Assembly: GCA_963693365.1 (NCBI GenBank)
Contig: CAVNZM010000013.1
Location: 3,252,722-3,316,721, forward strand
DNA length: 64,000 bases
Source of the DNA: Amoebidium appalachense
Lineage: Eukaryota; Protista; Ichthyosporea
Reading direction: 5' to 3'
In this document: piece after piece, positions 48,492 to 62,410 of the stretch
Position numbering within the stretch: the first letter of the stretch is position 1
Layout of the letters: every line of letters starts with the position of its first letter
Position numbers and translations under genes: made by a program
Notes under the pieces: generated by a model
Seen by the model: the letters and a program-made list of their open reading frames with translations, nothing else
Told to the model about the DNA's origin: nothing
Databases searched by the model: none

Positions 48492-48841
48492 TGTGCGCGC
48501 GCGTTGTGGTGGTGGTGGTGGTTGTGTGTGTGTGTGTGTGTGAGTGTGTGTGAAGAGGGGGGGAGTGGAGGGTAAGGATTGAGGGGGGGGGGGGGGGGGG
48601 GGGGGAGGGAGGGGATGGCAGGTGAAAAAACGAGGCAAGGTGTGTGCGTATATTTTTCCTTTTTTTTTTTTTTTTTTTTTTTTTGGTGGTGGTGGGTGAG
48701 GGGGGGGGCGGAGGGAGGGGAGGGGAGGGGAAGGGGGGAGTCTTAGTGTGTAGTCCGTAAAACCGAAGTAGGGGGATCTGAGACCGTTGTCATCAAACAT
48801 TGAAAAAGAAGAACAAGTGCGGTTCGGCGAATGTGTACATG

Positions 48842-48904
<63 letters not shown>

Positions 48905-50200
48905 TACATGTGTACGTGTGTGTTTATGGGTGTGTGCGGGGTGGGGTCTTTAGCGTGCATTATTTTCACGCGCACCTGCGTAGTGCGCTCAGGGGAGAGG
49001 GGACCACCGGGGGATGTGAGTTCACGTGCACGCTCAGTCACCCGATCCACAAACCCATCCACCTAAGAGGGGGGGGGGGGGGGGGGGGGTTAGTGCATAG
49101 TTATCTTATTGGGAATACTATACAAGTGGTTGACAAATGTGTATTTGCCTAAATAGGAGTACATATATTCGGTGGTTGGTGAGTGATAGTTGGACTAATT
49201 TGAAACTTCCGATCAGTTTACGTGGCTTGTGTTTGCACGGTTACTAGATTAGGAACATCGTGACATTGTTAAAGAGTTGGCTGGCGTGCGGATGCCTGAT
49301 TAGGAACATCAAATGCCAGGTGATGATGGAGCACAACTGTTGCGGCTGGTTTTGTAAAAAAAAGTTGTTGTTGTTTTTGTTGTTGTGTGTATGTGCATGC
49401 GCGTGCGGCGCGCGCGCGCGTGTGTGTGTGTGTGTGTTTTCATTTTATATCTTTTATTTTTTTTGGGGGGGGGGGGGGGGGGGGGAGGGGGAGGAGGGGG
49501 GAGGGAGAGGGGAGGGGGGGGGGGGGGGGGGGAGGGGAGAGGGGGCATACACATATCTGCTAGGTGTGAGTGATTGGGGGGAGGGGGGGGGGGGGGGGGG
49601 GAAGGGGAAAAGGGAGGGGGGGGGGAAAAGGCATTTGCCTTTGGGCACCCATAGGCTTTGTGAAAGACTCTGGTTCTTCCAATCAAGAAAGTGATACTGA
49701 ATGTTCGAAAAAAATAAAATTTCAGCACTAAAACACAGCCTGGTAGCTCAATGGTAAAGTCATTGCGTCCTATAAAGCAACAGAAACCCACATTATGGCT
49801 TTTTGGTTAATTGTCTCGGTCATGACTTCCGATCCGCAATCGAAGGCTAAAAACACGACAAGGACATGCACAAAGGTTTAGAAACCTAGCCCTTTTTTGT
49901 TTTGGCAAATAAAAAGGAAAAAGCGAACCATAAATTTCGGATAGCAACACTCAAACGGGGCCGGATTCTAAAATATATCAAGAAAAATTTAAGTTTTAAC
50001 CCACCTGCAGTAGCTGCCAGTAGAGGTAGTTCTTATTGGTGGGGCTTGCTCTGTAGTGCACCTATAGCCCGTCACTGATCAGCTCGGGGCAGAAATCGAG
50101 CAATGGTTCGTTGCTGTTTTCAATCTTCATCCGCATGACCTCTTGGGCGCAGAAATCAAAAGCACCGTCAAGATCCCAGAAGAAAAGGGCCCACCTGTGT

Positions 50201-50287
<87 letters not shown>

Positions 50288-50430
50288 GGCGCGGGCGCAG
50301 GCGTGCGCGGGCGCAGGCGTGCGTGTATGTGGGTGTATGTGATTTTCCAGAACAATTTAATGACTATGCTGTTGGTTTTTGGAGGTGTGCTGCGTGACCT
50401 CTGTGCATGGGCAAGCAAGCCTAGCAATAT

Positions 50431-50469
<39 letters not shown>

Positions 50470-52469
50470 CCCCCTTAACACACACACACACACACACCCC
50501 ACCCACCCACCCACCCCTGCCCTTCCCCCCCACTCACCCCTTCCCCCCCCCCCCCCCCTCCAAAAAAAAAAATAAAATAAAAAATAAAAAAGCAACACCG
50601 CCGCCACCACCACCACTGCACTTGCAGCAAAAAAAACTTTAAAAAGGTGGGGGGGGGATGAATAAACCAAGTTACAGCAGTGAAATGTAACCCCCTCAAA
50701 AAAAAAAAAAACAATAAAAATAACATTTCCGTACTGCAGCCTCCCCAGGACATTTCCTTCCGTTTTTTTTTTTTTGTCTTGGGAGGTTGGGGATAGGGAA
50801 AATACCACACCGGGAATAAATGTTAGGAAATGACGATAGGTAGCAATGTTAATGATAATAGCTTAGAAGTACAACGGCCTTTGGTGACTAAGTGACAAAT
50901 TGTACGGATGGCAAACCTTTGAGCATCGTGTGGCGAGTACAGCAAAAAGTTCTGGCTGATGGTGTCGTGGTCGTAAAACAGAAGGGAGGTGGCCATGAAG
51001 GTGACGACATTCTCCACGTGAAAATAGTTGTTGAAAAGACGATCAAGCACGTCACCGTTCTTCTCCCACATGTTTCCCTCCAAGGTTTCGGTAATATTCC
51101 GGAATTTTTTATACCAAACATCGCTGTCTTTTTGCGTGAGAGGGTCGAGCCAGAACTTGGTCCCAGGCCACCCCTCGGCCGGCGGAGTGAAGACGAATTC
51201 CATCGCCTTAAGAAAATAACCATCTTTGTCCAACCCGCGACTTTTAAGGTAGTCGTTATCGGGGTCTTCGATCCACGTGTACAGACCCCACGGTTTTCCG
51301 TTCACCTTCAAATTCACGTGATTGGCTCCTAAAGATACCATATTTGGTACCTGTCTTAACAGCTCGAACCCAAGCGCGTGTTTAAGTCTGCTGTCGTCGT
51401 ATGGCGAACGAGAGAGAATAAGTTTTCTTGTTCCACGCCACTGTCCCAGAGGTGCATTCTTGTCCAATTTGACGTTAAAACTCTTGACAAGGGCCTCCCG
51501 GGTGGATGCCCCCCTTACCCAAATCTTCCCGCATGGTTTGGAGAGATCTGAAGGGTAGTCTTTAGAGCGAATGCACGTGTCAATGGAGATGGTGGGTGTG
51601 GAGTTGCCCTCAAACCGCGGTTGGTTGTACATGTCGGCCCATTTTGCCGTGTTGGTGTCCCACGTTTTGATTTCCAAATCATCCACGGTGTCCCACGATA
51701 CGTTCGGGCCATAGGCAGAGGGTGGGTCAGCAATGGGGTAGGTGCGGTAGAAGTCGAAGGGAAGCGGTGCCTTTGCCGTGTTGGGGCTACACTTAGTGAT
51801 GGTGAGGGTGGGCGCATATGTGCCGTCGTCGTTGCGAGCGTAGCTGGCACCATCTGGAATCTTCTGTGACCACGTGACGTTGGCCAAAAGCGTGTTCTGT
51901 GCGTAGAGCAGCACAGAGTCGCTCTTGTCTGACAACCCAAAGTCGAACATGCACTCGTCCTTGCCCCTACCCACAACAAGGTAGCCCCCTGCAGGCAGGC
52001 GGCCACATGGCCCCTTGAAGCTGAGGGATGCGTGTGTGGGATTCGAATCACGCAGGGCCCAAGCATCAAGCAACACGTCACAGTCTGCGTTTGTGTTGTG
52101 CAACTCCACCCATTCATGTGGCTTGCCCGCCCACACCTCGTTGATGACCACAGATTTCCTCCCCTCGCTCTCGCTGCACGCAGGTTTCTGTCCGGACGGA
52201 GCATGCACGAGGGTCACTTGGTCGCCTACTTTGTTTTCCTGTGTGTCTGTCGTCGAGCGTGCCCCCTCCCCGTTCTTTCCGAGCAGCAATACGCAGGGCA
52301 CAGCCACAGCAACGATCAAACTTATAATTCCCGCAGCAGCGCCTATTTGGTAGCGGCGTTGCCGATACCACGGTTTGGTTTTGTAGGTGGAGGTAGGTGA
52401 GGGAGTGAGGAGCTCGGTGGTGGATAGCCCCTGGCTGGGCACGTCACCGGGGCCATCCTTGGAACCCAT
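47680..52469 (-). CDS. Membrane-anchored lamin-tail-domain (LTD) + CotH kinase-family protein
   Basis: Exon 52469-50917 encodes a TM segment ([22 protein letters not shown]), an LTD ([26 protein letters not shown]) and CotH motifs ([38 protein letters not shown]). The next exon from about 50194 gives WDLDGAF. Last exon 47916-47680. Middle exons unresolved. Confidence 0.85.
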
Positions 52470-53207
52470 TGTGGATGGCGTGCATGCAGGGTAGATAGGT
52501 GATTGAAATGCGAGATGGAGAATGATACAATGACTGTAACTCGTTAACTGGTCGTAGTGTTTCGTGTGAGGGGTGTGTGTGAGTGCGCACTGTGCACGCA
52601 TCAACGGTTTTTAGGGTTGCCGCATGGTTGCCGCAGTGTTGGAATGTGCGGGCATATTTAAACATTGTGCTCCTGAATTTCTGATAGGTTCATCCTGCAC
52701 CGTCTGGTAACCATTGGTTGAGGGGTGCAAAGCCGTGCAAAAACAAATCGGATATGTGTCACCAAATATAGTGCCGTACCGCCAAACCCGCATTTATTAT
52801 AAGAAATTTTCAGCAGAAAGAGTTATATTATCATTCATAATGAAATTTATTTTGTATAATAGCGCTTTTATAGCCAATTTTTGTTAAACCCCTTGCAGCC
52901 TCGATTCAGCACAGAGTGCTCAAGAATGATTGGTCAATACATCATCCATTGAGTACAACACGAGCTGCACTAGCCACCATGCTCTGCAGCACTGAGGCTC
53001 CTGAGTGTTTTCAGAGGGCCGTGAGTTTTCATAAGTCATCGATATCAGTTAGTAACATCTCCAGATTCTTCACCCCCCCCAATCAACTTCCAGCCCCTCC
53101 CCCCCCCTCCCCCCCCCCCCCCCTCCCCCTCTCCCCCTTCACCTCCCCCCCCCCCCCCCCCCCCCCCCCCCCGGGGGCCCCCCACCCACCGGCCCCAGAT
53201 CTCGGGC

Positions 53208-53239
<32 letters not shown>

Positions 53240-53341
53240 ACGCCGCTCCCATACGGTATGGCCAGATGCCCTTCCGCACCCCTAATTCCTCCTCCCTCGA
53301 GTACCCGCGACCCCACCCCCTCCTCTCCCCCTACCCCTTAT

Positions 53342-53372
<31 letters not shown>

Positions 53373-54370
53373 CCCCCCCCCCCCCCCCCCCCCCGTCCCT
53401 CCCTCTCTCCCTCCCTCTCTCTCTCTCTCTCCCTCCCCCCTCCCCTCCCTCCCCCCCCCCCCCCCCCCTCTCTCTCTCTCTCTCTCACTCTCTCTCCCCC
53501 CCCCCCCCCCCCCTCTCTCTCTCCCTCTCTCTCTCCGATCTCTCTCTGGATCATCTCTCACACAGTGTTGTCGCAACCAACAGGCGGCCCGGTCATAACG
53601 GTCTATACACTGAGAGCAATACATACTATTAGTGAGGTTTATTGCAACCACAAGTGTGACTGCATGCCCTGCACAGCATGCGTGATTTCGGGTCCTTTTT
53701 TACACATTGCTTGGTTCGCCGTTTTGACTTGTCCTATTTACTATATGTCCAGTGGCGCTGTAATTACACCGAGTTTTCAAGAAGGGATGGTAGTCTTGAC
53801 AAGGTTGACTGAGTTGCGTTGAATTTTGAAAACAAACACATGAACTCGTTAAATGTACACATGTCGTCAATGCAACAAATTTGAACACTATAGTCCCACT
53901 AATAATCGTGTGGTGTGCATTCCCCATACCCTCATGTACCCCCCCCCCTCCCCTCCGTTACCATGAGAGCCTAAATTTTTAATATGATACTCGAATTCAC
54001 ACTTTAAAACCGATAGGGGGTAGGGGGGGGGGGGGGGAGGGGAGGGCGGGGCGGGGGGGGGGGGGGGGGGGGGGGGGAAGGCAAGGGGAGGAGGGTGGGG
54101 GGGGGGGGGGGTCGCGGGGTGGGGGTGTGGAGAGGATTCCAACATACTATTTTCCCCAGCGGAGGTAACCTTATGCGTTTATTGTGCATGTCACAGTGAC
54201 TTTCGAAGTACTGTTATGAGTTTTCTTCAGTGTAACACTACTATATTGAGCTGTACAAAGTTTGATCTGTCTGAAGAAGTCCTTTCCACGGTGACCATTG
54301 GACTTAGAGACATTTCGAAAAGGTTCTAGACTATGAAAAACTCAAAACTATGAATTTCAAACACTTGAAG

Positions 54371-54420
<50 letters not shown>

Positions 54421-55171
54421 CTCGCTCCTCCTCACACCCTATCGGGCCCTCCACCCCCCACGTTCCACTCTGAGTCATACATAGGTACTGTGACTCGTGG
54501 CATAGACACTCGATCCGTTAATCCACCCCCCACCCCCCCGACCTGCACAATCAAACGAATGCACACACACACACACACCGTGACATAACACATATACACA
54601 CATACACACACACACACACATTCACACACACACACACACACACACGACACACAAACACCACATACACAATACCCCCTCCCCCCCTCCCCCTCCCCCCCCC
54701 CCCCCCGGCCCCTTGATTGACTTGACACCTAATGGGCAGTGTGACTCAGGCTGTGCCGCCACATATCTACCCACATGAACCACGATGACTGGCTGAGCCT
54801 AGTGTACCGCATCTGGCAACCTTTTTGTTCCTACACAGTGACTTATTCACGGCATTCACATCGACGACCCCCCCGCTCCCCCCCCCCCCACCCCCCTTCC
54901 CCCCCCCCCCCCCCCCCCCCCTGCCCGCCTGCTCGACCGCGGCCGCTCGATCACCCGCCCTGCACTAGCTAGTGCACTAGAGGATCTTACAGATGGGGCC
55001 TCCTGTCACTGTGGCCAGACTGATTCACATTGGCAACCGTTGAACACACTGCACACACACACTTACACACACACACACTATACACTATGGAACACACGCA
55101 CACACGTGTCACTGTCACTGACACACTAAGTCTGTCTGACACACACACACACACACACGCACACACACACG

Positions 55172-55236
<65 letters not shown>

Positions 55237-55412
55237 TTGTTCACGTCGTCGGCACGCGCACACACGCACGCACGCACACACACACACACACACACACAGG
55301 CAGGCTTCCATTCCCTCCCTCCCCCCCCCCCCCCCCCCCCCCCCCCGCCCCCTCGTCCCCTCCCCCTCCCCCCCCGGCGCCACCACCACAAACACACACG
55401 CACGCACACACA

Positions 55413-55448
<36 letters not shown>

Positions 55449-56474
55449 CAAAATAATTCCAACACCACAGTAAAAACTTTACATAGTCCATTCCACGCAG
55501 ATTGCACATATTTAATTAATTTCTGCCCGTCAGCACCCATCCACACTTAACTCGTGTGCACAGAAAGAACCACCCTGCTCTGTTGGACGGTCTTGGTAAA
55601 AGTCTTGGGCCTCTTCCCCCCCCCCCCCCCCCCCTCCCTCCTCCCCCCTTCCCTCCTCCTCCTCCCTGGAGTGTCTTGGTAAACGTTTTGGGCGTCCCTT
55701 CTCCCTTTCCCCCCCCCCCCCCCCCCCCGACACCCCTCGTTCCAATTTCCATCCTCGTGCATACACGTGATGTCTGCCGAGAGGGACCATCCAAACATGT
55801 GGTCGGAGTGCATATTCTAACCTTTTTGAATCGCCTGCTGAGTGCAATTTTTTTTTTTTTTGGGGGGGGGGGGGGAGGGGGGAAGAGGGGGGAAGGGGGG
55901 GGGGGGGAGAAGGGGGGGAGTGAACGAATCATGATGTCCGGGCCATTGTTCAAGGGAATCTGGCTCGGATATCCTTATTCTATTTTGATTCCTGGATGAA
56001 AACCCTTCCCTTGGGTTGTAAACCTCGTGCAGTAAGAACACGAGATTAAAACGTTGACCAATAGCAGCAAAAGTTTATAATGACTGCGTGTGCTCGCGGG
56101 ATGGTGGGTGGGGAGGGCAAAGGAAGACAAGAGCTAAGGGAGCAACTTTGTAGCGCAGTGAAATTGTTGCCTGATACTAACTGAACCAGGGATGGGACCC
56201 CTATACTTGATAAGGGCACCCAGATCGATTTCCGATTGGCTGAAATCGTGGTGCGGCTGGTGCGAAGTCGGCCAATCAGAAACCATCGGGATTGCCGGTC
56301 GCTGTGAGGGTTTCCCGAATTTAACGATGTGTGGGGGAAAACTCGGTCACCTAATACACATAATCTACGTACTCCACAGAACACACTGTATGTCAATAAA
56401 TGGGTGTGTAGGTGTGTGTGGGAGTGTGCCGGGGGATGGTTAGGTGGAGGGGTGGGGTGATGAGGGGAAGGGGA

Positions 56475-56508
<34 letters not shown>

Positions 56509-56983
56509 GTGAGTGGGTGGTGGCATGGGCGGGTGGGTGGGTGGATGGGTGAGGTGGTGGTGGGGAGGGTGTGATGGCCGGTTGGTTGGGGGGATGGGGG
56601 GGGGGGGGGGGGGGGGGTAGGGGAGGGGGGGGGGAGGGGAATGAGTGGGGTGAGGAGGGGGTGGGGGGAGAGGGGGTAAGGGGGGAGGGGGGCTGGGTGG
56701 AGGGGTGTGGGGGTGCCCGGGAGGGTTGGATGTGTGACATGTGGATGGGTGTGTGGGGGGAGGGGAAGGGGGGGGGGGGGGGGAGGAGAGGGGGAATAGG
56801 GGAAGAGGAGGGAGGGGGGAGGCCGGGGGGGGTTACATGGGTGCTGGCGTCATTAAAAATTTGATCCGGCAGCTCAAGGCATGGGGCCAGGTGGAAGAAT
56901 CTTGAAAATTTCATGTGTGTGTTTCTGTGCACGCCTGCGTGTGCATATGTGTGCGCACGTGTCTGCGTGTGTGCGCGTGTGTG

Positions 56984-57033
<50 letters not shown>

Positions 57034-57120
57034 TAAACGTGTGTTCGTGAGTGTGTTTGTGTGTGTGTGCGCGCGCGCGTTTGCGGGTGTGTGTGTGTGC
57101 GCGCGCGTTTGTGTGTGTTG

Positions 57121-57151
<31 letters not shown>

Positions 57152-58226
57152 TGTGTGTGGGCGTACAAGGCCATCTGCATGAGTACGTGTGGGGGCTTGT
57201 GCACGTGTGTTTGGAAAGGGCCCGGGGGGGGGGGGGGGGGGAGACGCTGATGGCAGATGGGCTCTGTCAACGTTCTGATTGGCTGAACGTGCCAGGACGC
57301 CTGCAGTGTTTGGACTCCTTCCTTTTCAGACAGAAGAAACGGGTGGGTTTACACACGCACCGGTATATCCTTTTGTTAATTGGTTACATGTTTTGAGCGC
57401 GGGTTTTCAAAGAAAACTAAGGGGTAGGTACACATCGAATCAAGACCAATCAAATATCATGATTGATCCAGTCCATCACGAGCTTGAGTGTGGTCAGAAA
57501 GTTCAACTTGTGGCGCTATATAAATCCCCCCCCCCCCCCCCCCCCCCTCCCCCCCCCCCCTCCCACAAACACCCGCCTCCGCCCCCTCAAATCCAACCCC
57601 ATGTGGGTCCGTGCTTCGGTTAGAAACATCTAAGTAATTGAGAACAGGTATGTACAAGGTCTCAAGAGTGTACAAGAAGTAGGAACCGATGAACGGTGTT
57701 GGGGGCTCTGCCGGGGAAGGGGGGGGGGGGGGGGGGGGGAGAAGGGGGGAAGGGAGGGGGGGGAGGGGGGTGAGGGTGAGCGACACCATGTGAAGGGTGT
57801 AAAGGGGGCTCCAGGGACGGGGAAGAGGGGAGGGGGGAGGGGGGTGTAGGGGGGTGGAGGGGTTTGTACGATTGGGATTAGTGATAGAGACACTGACAAA
57901 AAACAAAAACAAAGGAAAGATAGAAGGCAAAAAAAGAACGAATATGGGAAGGAGTGGGGGTGGGTGGGGTGGAGGTGGGGGGAGGGCGGTTGGGGGGTTT
58001 GGGGGGGGGGGGGGGTTTGTTTGGGGAGGGGGGGGGGGGGGGGAGGGTACGTAAAGGGATACTGAAAAGATGAAGGTGTGTGCCGTGCATGTGCGAGATG
58101 TAGTTAGTAGTTAGGGGGGTTGGGGGGGCTGTAAGTGCGCGTGTGTGTTCGGTGCGTATATATGTGTACTACAATATGGAAGTGAAGGGCGTAACATCGG
58201 GGGGGGGGGGGGGGGGGGGGGGGGGG

Positions 58227-58394
58227 TTGAATGCGGAACACGGTACGAAGTACGCATACACGATGAGAAGCATGGTGCAGGACACATGCAAAGGCAAACA
58301 TTCAAGTATGCAACATCAGCCCAAGCGCACAGTATGCGTTTTAAGCAGAGCCCATCCTCAGGGAGGGCCCAAGTCATCAATTGCGTCTGAGTTT
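58227..58394 (-). mobile_element. Poly(C)-associated repeat, subfamily A copy, minus strand
   Basis: Reverse complement of the 92-246 / 12710-12877 sequence. Embedded in G runs on both sides on the plus strand. Confidence 0.8.
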
Positions 58395-59316
58395 GGGGGG
58401 GGGGGGAGTACGTGGGTGGAAGGGGGGGGGGGGGGGGGGGGGGGGGTTATATCATGGCTCATATTTGCGCATTAGCTTTATTCAAAGGCTTCATTCCGAC
58501 ACCGTCTGATCAAGCATACGTCATACTATACACGTCCCCCCCCCCCCCCCCCCAGTCCCCACAAAAAAAAACCCCGAAGTGTAGCCTCTACGGCTTCTGA
58601 ACCATCGACTCATACCATTCCTTTCAAGGTACATCTGAATTACACTAACCCTCCTCCCACTCAACCCTCTTGAACCCATCCCCCCCCCCACCCCCACCAC
58701 CACCATGGTTGTGTTTCGGCACTCTCCGATATATGCGTCTGTGTGCCCATACTTATTATTAGGTACTGCCACGTTCAAATGAAGGGGAGAACATCAAGTG
58801 CGCCCCGCGGGGGGAAGGGGGGGGGGGGGGAGAAAATGCTAGAGCTGGTGGAAAACTCTAAAAAAATCACGTTTTTGGCCCACATCCGCAGCGGGCAACA
58901 CAACACAATATGCCAAGCACACAGTTGTGTATGCATCATAGTTAGAGCCCCTGGAGGTGGTGTGGGGTGGTGTGTGTGGTGGAGAGAGACAGAGGGGGAG
59001 GGGGGGGGGGGGAGGAGGTTGGAACACGAACGTGGCACCATAAGTCATCGTGTGATAATATATATTTTAACTGCTGCCTTTCATTGGCTCACTAGCCTAA
59101 CCACCAAACGCCACCCCTGCACAGCAGGTTCGTGGGTTGGAATGGCTGGCCGCAGCTTATATTTCTAAACAGCCAATAACTTAGTGTTATATCTACGATC
59201 TTTTCCTAATCACAGTTTTACCTGCCGCCATTCGCTGTGCCTCACATTCAACTACAATCGTTTTCTTTTTTTGTTTTTTCCCCAATCACTATATACTCCT
59301 TTGCGAGAGGGGGGGG

Positions 59317-59355
<39 letters not shown>

Positions 59356-59528
59356 TGGGGGAACAGCCAAAACACCCGCTTTCCACTACACTACACACAC
59401 TTCACACAACATGAACACACATAAAAAAGGGGTTTACGCTGTTTACTCGAGGCAAAGAATAAAAAACCAAAACAAAAACCACACACGAGCATGCGAAATT
59501 TTACCAAATCTCACCGCAGAACGCCAAC

Positions 59529-62410
59529 TCATGCGCTCATCTGCCTGCCGATCACCTCCACCTGGAAGCCAATCTTGGTCAGCTCCTCCACGTTGAGAAT
59601 CTTGCGACCGTCAAACATATACGCAGGCTTGAACATTCCGGCGAAAATCTTGGCGTAATCGAGCGTCTTGAACTCGTCCCACTCCGTGCACACGGCAATG
59701 GCGTGCGCGTCCTTTGCGGCCTCATACGGCTCGTGCACAATGTCAATCAGAGACTTCTGCTTCTGGAGAGACTTCTCATCAACGCCCACGGGGAGGAGGT
59801 CGAGGTAAATCTGCTCATCGTCGACCTTGGGATCGTAAATGGCGACACGTGCGCCCTCCTCAAGGAGGTAGCGGCACACGTCAATGGAGGCAGACTCACG
59901 GGTGTCGCCGGTGTCCTTCTTGAAGGCAAAACCGTACACGCAGATCTTCTTGCCGGTGACGGTGTTGAAGAGCTTGCGCACGATGTGCTGGGCGAAGCGG
60001 CGCTTCTGGTATTCGTTGATCTCGATCACCTGAGGGGATGGAGGGGAAGGGTTAGAACTGTCTTCGAAGTGGGTGGTGGTGGTGGTGATTGGTGGTGGGC
60101 GGGAGGGAGGGCAGAGGGGGTGAAGGGGGGGATAGAACGAAACCGTAAGTACATAGCATGTGTTCCCAGCAATTCAACAGAAACAAGGGCAGTGTAAAAC
60201 AAGCCCCATTGGAATGAGGGGGGTTGGGAGTGCCGGGAGTGTGGGGTGGGGTCGGGGGAGGGGTGTTTACATTTGTGCATCGAAAGTGGGCGGGTGGTGG
60301 TGGGAGTGGGAGAGGGGTGGGGTGGGGAGGGGGGGGGGGGGGGGGGGGGGAGGAGAGAGAGAAGAGAGAAAGAGAGAGGAATGGAGGGTAACGTTACCTC
60401 CTGCCAGTAGTGGGCGACCTCGGGCAGGTTGTAGCTCTCGCACAGGTACACGAGGTTGAGAATGTCCTTCTGGAAGCAGCTGCCGCCAAAGCCCACAGAC
60501 GCCTTGAGGAACTTGTTGCCAATGCGCGTGTCCTGACCAATGGCACGGGCCACCTCGTCGACATCGGCACCTAAAAAAGAAAATGTTGGGTTAGGGGATG
60601 TGCGGAAAATGTGGATTGAAGATGAACAATGCACATGAACTGACCAGATGAGAGTCTTGAGCCCGGCAAGCTGGTATTTGGATGGGAAGAGGGATGGGTT
60701 TGGAATCTGCTGGGTGGGTGAATGGGGGTGGGGGTGGGGGTGGAGTGGGAGAAGGGGGGGGGGGGGGGGGGGGGGGGGGGATTCTTACTGGGCACGAGGA
60801 AAGAAAATCTTAGCTGAGGGTTTCGGGGGAGGGGGAGGGGGGGGGAGGAGGGGAGGGTTCTAAGTGGGAACAGAGAAAAGATGTAAGCCTGAATTGCACA
60901 GTAGCAACGAAAGACGAAATGTTGGGGTGGTGTGTATGGGTGTGTGTGTGTGTGTATGTGTTTGGGGGGGGGGGGGGGGGGGGGGGGAAGGGGAAGGGGA
61001 GGGGATAGGGTTCTTACCAGTGGCCTCGCACAGAGCAGAGATGGAGTTGATGGAAGAGATACGCTGGGCAAGGAAAGCATTAGCCGTCAGCTTGGACAGC
61101 TCAGACGACCACGTGTTGGTCGTGAGAATCCGCTCGACGGGCACCCAGTGAGAGTACACACCCACAAGGCCAGCAATGGCCTGAAGACCGGCAGGAGACT
61201 GCTCACCACCAATCAGAACGCGGTCGGGGGCAAAGAGATCGGCGATGGCAGTTCCCTCGGCAAGGAACTCGGGGTTGGAGAGAATCTGGAATGCAACACC
61301 GTGCTTGGTGTTGGAGGTGAGAATCTTGCGGATGGCGTCAGCGGACTTGACGGGCACAGTCGACTTCTCAACGACAATCTTGTCGCTGGTGGCAACTTCG
61401 GCAATGCGGCGGGCGGCAGACTCGAGGTATTTCATGTCGGCGGCGCGGCCCTTGCCCTGTTGAGTGTGGAAGGGGGGGGGGGGAGGTTGTGGTTAGTGTG
61501 TGGGTTGTTGGAGGAAGGAGGACTGTGATTGTGTTGGGGTGGGTGGGAATGGTTGGTTTATACGGCATAATGTGTTGGGGTGAGAAGGGAGTTACACATT
61601 TCTGATTCTTTGTGGAGTAGGATGGCGAGAGGGCGTTGAAGTTTTTTTTTTAGAGGTGGTGTGTCTTGAAGATTGATTGTGTCTGGTTGAAATGGGATAT
61701 CGATAGGCAGTGTCGGAAGAGGTGTGAATTTGAATCTAGCGGAGCACGTGTTTACACTACAGACAACTTCTTCTCAGTAATTCACTACACAAAGCAGCAT
61801 GATATACATGGATGTGAGATAGGAGAAATTGAGATGAAAAAAGCATTTCGTTGAAGTTCCTTTGCCCCTCAAAATACGACAGACATTCAAAATGCCATTC
61901 CTTTCCACTTACGAACTCTTTCATACCCGTTACCACTTTCGCCACCTTACTAACTACAGTTGACACCATATAGCTGTGTCTCCCCACACATTCATCCATT
62001 CACCCACCCACCACCCATCCACACACAAAACCCTCACCCCCTTCCCCCAGCCACCCATATCAGAACGCATAGACAAGAAACGAAAAACGAAATACGACAC
62101 CTACCATGCCAAACGTCTTGGTGGGTGTGTTCACGGACACGAAAATCAGCTGGCTGTCCTGGATAGCCTTGTCGACATCCGTGGAGAAGAAAAGGTTGCG
62201 CCCACGGCACTGCTTGACAACCTCATCCAGGCCGGGCTCGTAAATGGGGAGCTTGTCACTGTTCCAGGCGTCAATACGCTGCTGGGAGAGATCCACCACA
62301 GTGACGGTAATATCGGGGCACTTGAGTGCAATTACCGCCATGGTCGGGCCACCGACATAGCCGGCGCCGATGCAGCAAATCTTGGTAATGGTGGGCGTGG
62401 GGTTACACAT
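59529..62410 (-). CDS. UGDH: UDP-glucose 6-dehydrogenase, 472 aa, 4 exons
   Basis: Exons 62410-62105, 61456-61018, 60570-60398 and 60029-59529, in phase. [38 protein letters not shown] (catalytic Cys) and [14 protein letters not shown]. Confidence 0.97.

Noticed and set aside
49738-49800. tRNA-like 5' half GCCTGGTAGCTCAATGGTAAAG
   Set aside because: No T-arm/B box or acceptor-stem partner; at most a decayed tRNA or SINE head.
50823-52604. 593-aa ORF as the complete CotH CDS
   Set aside because: The more plausible start is the ATG at 52469, and the frame leaves through a donor at 50916 into the WDLDGAF exon.
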